Shown here in pieces: positions 61,801 to 64,000 of a DNA stretch of 64,000 nucleotides. The position numbers were made by a program, and so were the translations under genes. The stretch is from positions 924 to 64,923 of the forward strand of contig JALMLS010000619.1 of assembly GCA_038496445.1 (NCBI GenBank). The letters are read 5' to 3'. Each line of letters opens with the position of its first letter. Within the stretch, counting starts at the first letter, position 1. The stretch is from Trichosphaerium sp. ATCC 40318 (taxonomy: Eukaryota; Protista; Tubulinea). Under the pieces are notes generated by a model, which saw only the letters and a list, made by a program, of their open reading frames with translations, made no database searches and was not told where the DNA came from.

Positions 61801-63272
61801 AATTGTTTTGTAGTTATTTTGCTAACAGTTTGAGTAGAAGCTCTCTAAGCACATTGGTAGTTTCAAAAAATGTGAATGCAAGGATTGCAAACACGTTATT
61901 AATCCCATATCTCCAAATCAAAGAGTTGAAAACCCTACAGCAGGTAAAAAAGCACTGTTAGTCCAACCACACTAAAACTTGAAGGGTTAAAAAGTGAGAC
62001 GTCATGGGACTTAAATCCAAGATTACATTATGCCCACACCTGGGATAGATCCAACAGCAAGTGAGTAGTTACTCATTATTAACTCATGTTTAACTGGTTT
62101 TTGTCAAACAAAAAAGGGGCACAATTGAAAAAGCAACGCACTTCAGAACACTGAATCTTCTTGATTCAAATAAAAATGATATTGTAGCCAAGAGAGAACT
62201 ACAGTTTCTTTACCAACAAATGTCAACAATGCACGGCTATGATAAATATGATGTTGTAGAAGCTCATCTTGTTTGCAATGACATGCTGACTCGAAACTTT
62301 GGCATGTACAATACAGTACTTAAACACAGACATCAGTATGTTTACATGTTAATAGACTACAAATAATCTTAGCTGTTATTTAGGGAACTCCGTTGGTTGT
62401 TTTGTAAAAATGATTGGAAACAGGGAATCAGCAAAAGGCACAAAGAAAATAAGATAAAGGTTGCAGATTGTTATTCAAAACTTGCTGGTGAAAATACCCC
62501 ACATTCAAACAATAATTCAGAGCAGGTAGTTTGCCTCTTAAATATAATAATACCTAACCAAAAATCAGCTACCAGTTGTATTAATGGTTCATGGAACAAC
62601 TCGTGAAGCCGCTTGGAGTATTGTAAAGGCTGGATTTGGAGTATTAAGTTCGTTGGATGCTGGATACTACGGTCAAGGAATCTATTTTACAGTATGGTTA
62701 AAAAGTCACCATTGCCAATCTGACTTGTTTTTTGAAATAGCACAGCATTGAGTATGCCTGTTCATACGATAAATCTGCTAAAGACAAGAAGACACTTGTG
62801 CTTAGTTTGGTTACGCCTGGGAATGTATATCCTGTACACAACTGCAACCAATCACATTACTGGTTTGTTTACTTACAAAGCATTGATAGGTTACAGAAAA
62901 CCCTAAAGATGAAGATAACCTTGTTGGTAAACCAATTAAAGCTGGATATCAAAGTCACTATGTATTGGTAAACAGCAAAGGACAAGTGTTGGAGCAAGAT
63001 AAAATAGATAAAGCAGTGTATGATGAGCTAGTTGTAGCTCAAGGTAGTGATTACAATTGATGTACTTTGTTGACTAAGTTGTGATTTTAGATGTACAGAC
63101 TGTTGCTCGTTATATCATTGCAGTTAAACGAAAACCAAACCAACAACAACCAACCACACAGTTAGAACAGCAACTGCTGAAAGAAAATGAAGAACTTAAA
63201 CAAGCCAATCTAAAATTAGATAAAAATAACACAGCTTTGCAACATCAAATTAATAAGCGTAAAAAGAAGTAG
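58802..63272 (+). CDS. Ankyrin-repeat + UBR-like zinc finger + H-Y-E ADP-ribosyltransferase (PARP-like) protein; start uncertain, apparent frameshifts flank the ankyrin array
   Basis: 11 ankyrin exons. Cys/His cluster CT...FACYECSQYGLYLCSYCATQHNQNH...FKKCECKDC. ART motifs VLMVHGTTREAAWSIVKAGF, GYYGQGIYFT, EYACSY, LVLSLVTPGNVYP, GYQSHYV, VYDELVV. C-terminal coiled coil. Confidence 0.8.
59312..61028 (+). repeat. Tandem array of 11 units of (56-58 nt intron + 99 nt ankyrin exon)
   Basis: Exons start at 59369, 59525, 59681, 59838, 59994, 60150, 60305, 60460, 60616, 60773 and 60930; each is 99 nt, phase 1-1. Introns GTATGAT..TTAATTGGTAG are near-identical. Confidence 0.97.
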
Positions 63273-63597
63273 CAAATAATAACTTAAACATGTTCTAGCT
63301 GAGATTGACAGCAACAATAAAACTACAAAGTAATAAACTCCAACAATGTCCTCTATGCCATGACTAAGAAGAATACAGTCAATCAAAGAATAGAATGGAA
63401 ACCATTTGGTAATGTATATTGAATTTGGGTAATTTGCTAAGAGAGAGTTGGTAAAGTTAAAGTCCTCACTTAATTGCTTACTTTTTGAGATTGGAAAGTT
63501 ACTTAGCAACAGTAGAATAAATGGTTATAAGAAGTTTTTGTTTTCAGATGAGACTGATGGTGTAACAACTTTAGATTGATGCTGTTATTTGATAATA

Positions 63598-63830
63598 TTC
63601 AAGGCTGAAACTAAACAAGGCTTTGCCTTAAATACAAAGGCATTCAAAAATGGCAATGTTTGATTTTGCAAAGGCAATGACAATAAAGACAAAAATCAGG
63701 CATTGAAATAAGGCTTTGTTGGGCAATGCCTTAATTGTTGCAATGCCTTGTTTTTTTTAGGCAATGCCTGCCCTAGTTTTTTTATGCATTGCCAGCCTTA
63801 AATGTACAGGCACCAATTAGGCATTGGTTA
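63598..63830. repeat. Cluster of AGGCATTG/CAATGCCT-type motifs, resembling a DNA-transposon subterminal region
   Basis: About a dozen GGC(A/T)(A/T)TG-like motifs in both orientations. CTGCCCTA at ~63768-63775 reads TAGGGCAG on the minus strand, like a hAT-type end. Confidence 0.45.
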
Positions 63831-64000
63831 TGTACACATTGTACATTAAGGATACATTGGTTTAAGGTAAGTCTCCACCACACCAACACTTCCTAAACAT
63901 GTTTTTTCATTTACTACTGATGTTTTATATAGACAATATCACCATGCGCTTAGTACTTTATGGATTCTAACGAAACCACTGCCATTCGAACTGCAGCACC

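Noticed and set aside
57745-63775. TAGGGCAG ... CTGCCCTA as TIRs of a transposon carrying the ANK-ART gene
   Set aside because: Only 8-9 bp match, there is no target-site duplication, and the subterminal motifs occur at one end only.
1-64000. Alternative genetic code suggested by the many short ORFs
   Set aside because: The in-frame stops fall in introns; spliced conserved genes read through with the standard code and end in TAA, TAG or TGA.

Overview
Eukaryotic, AT-rich (roughly 35% GC by eye), gene-dense DNA with many short spliceosomal introns (donors mostly GTACGT/GTAAGT/GTATGT/GTGCGT, some GC-AG) and the standard genetic code. Gene content suggests a free-living protist, possibly amoebozoan (inference only). 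The ORF track is fragmentary because of introns, so gene models were spliced by hand and some ends are approximate. Housekeeping-type genes: C2 + coiled-coil protein, alpha/beta-hydrolase-fold protein, PIP kinase, CYP4-like P450, F-box/SPRY, Pet127, ankyrin-TKL kinase, Arf GTPase, Ctf4/WDHD1. Between them lies an unusual set of conflict/immunity-like genes. (1) Two tandem paralogues with an MLKL-like N-terminal four-helix bundle, two receiver-like domains and a C2 domain in place of a pseudokinase. (2) An ankyrin + UBR-like zinc finger + ADP-ribosyltransferase gene whose ankyrin repeats are each one 99-nt exon in an 11-unit exon+intron tandem array, varying only at predicted binding-surface residues. 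(3) A head-to-head pair of secreted 8-Cys peptide genes with identical signal exons but a diverged mature C-terminal half. (4) A Crinkler-type NTPase/REase-like gene ending in a CaaX box. (5) A secreted zincin-DNRLRE-VWD-like mosaic protein. Non-coding features: several MITE-like foldbacks, a DDE transposase relic, a ~0.9 kb local duplication, a candidate structured RNA and strong CACGTG enrichment. No tRNA, rRNA or CRISPR array was recognised.
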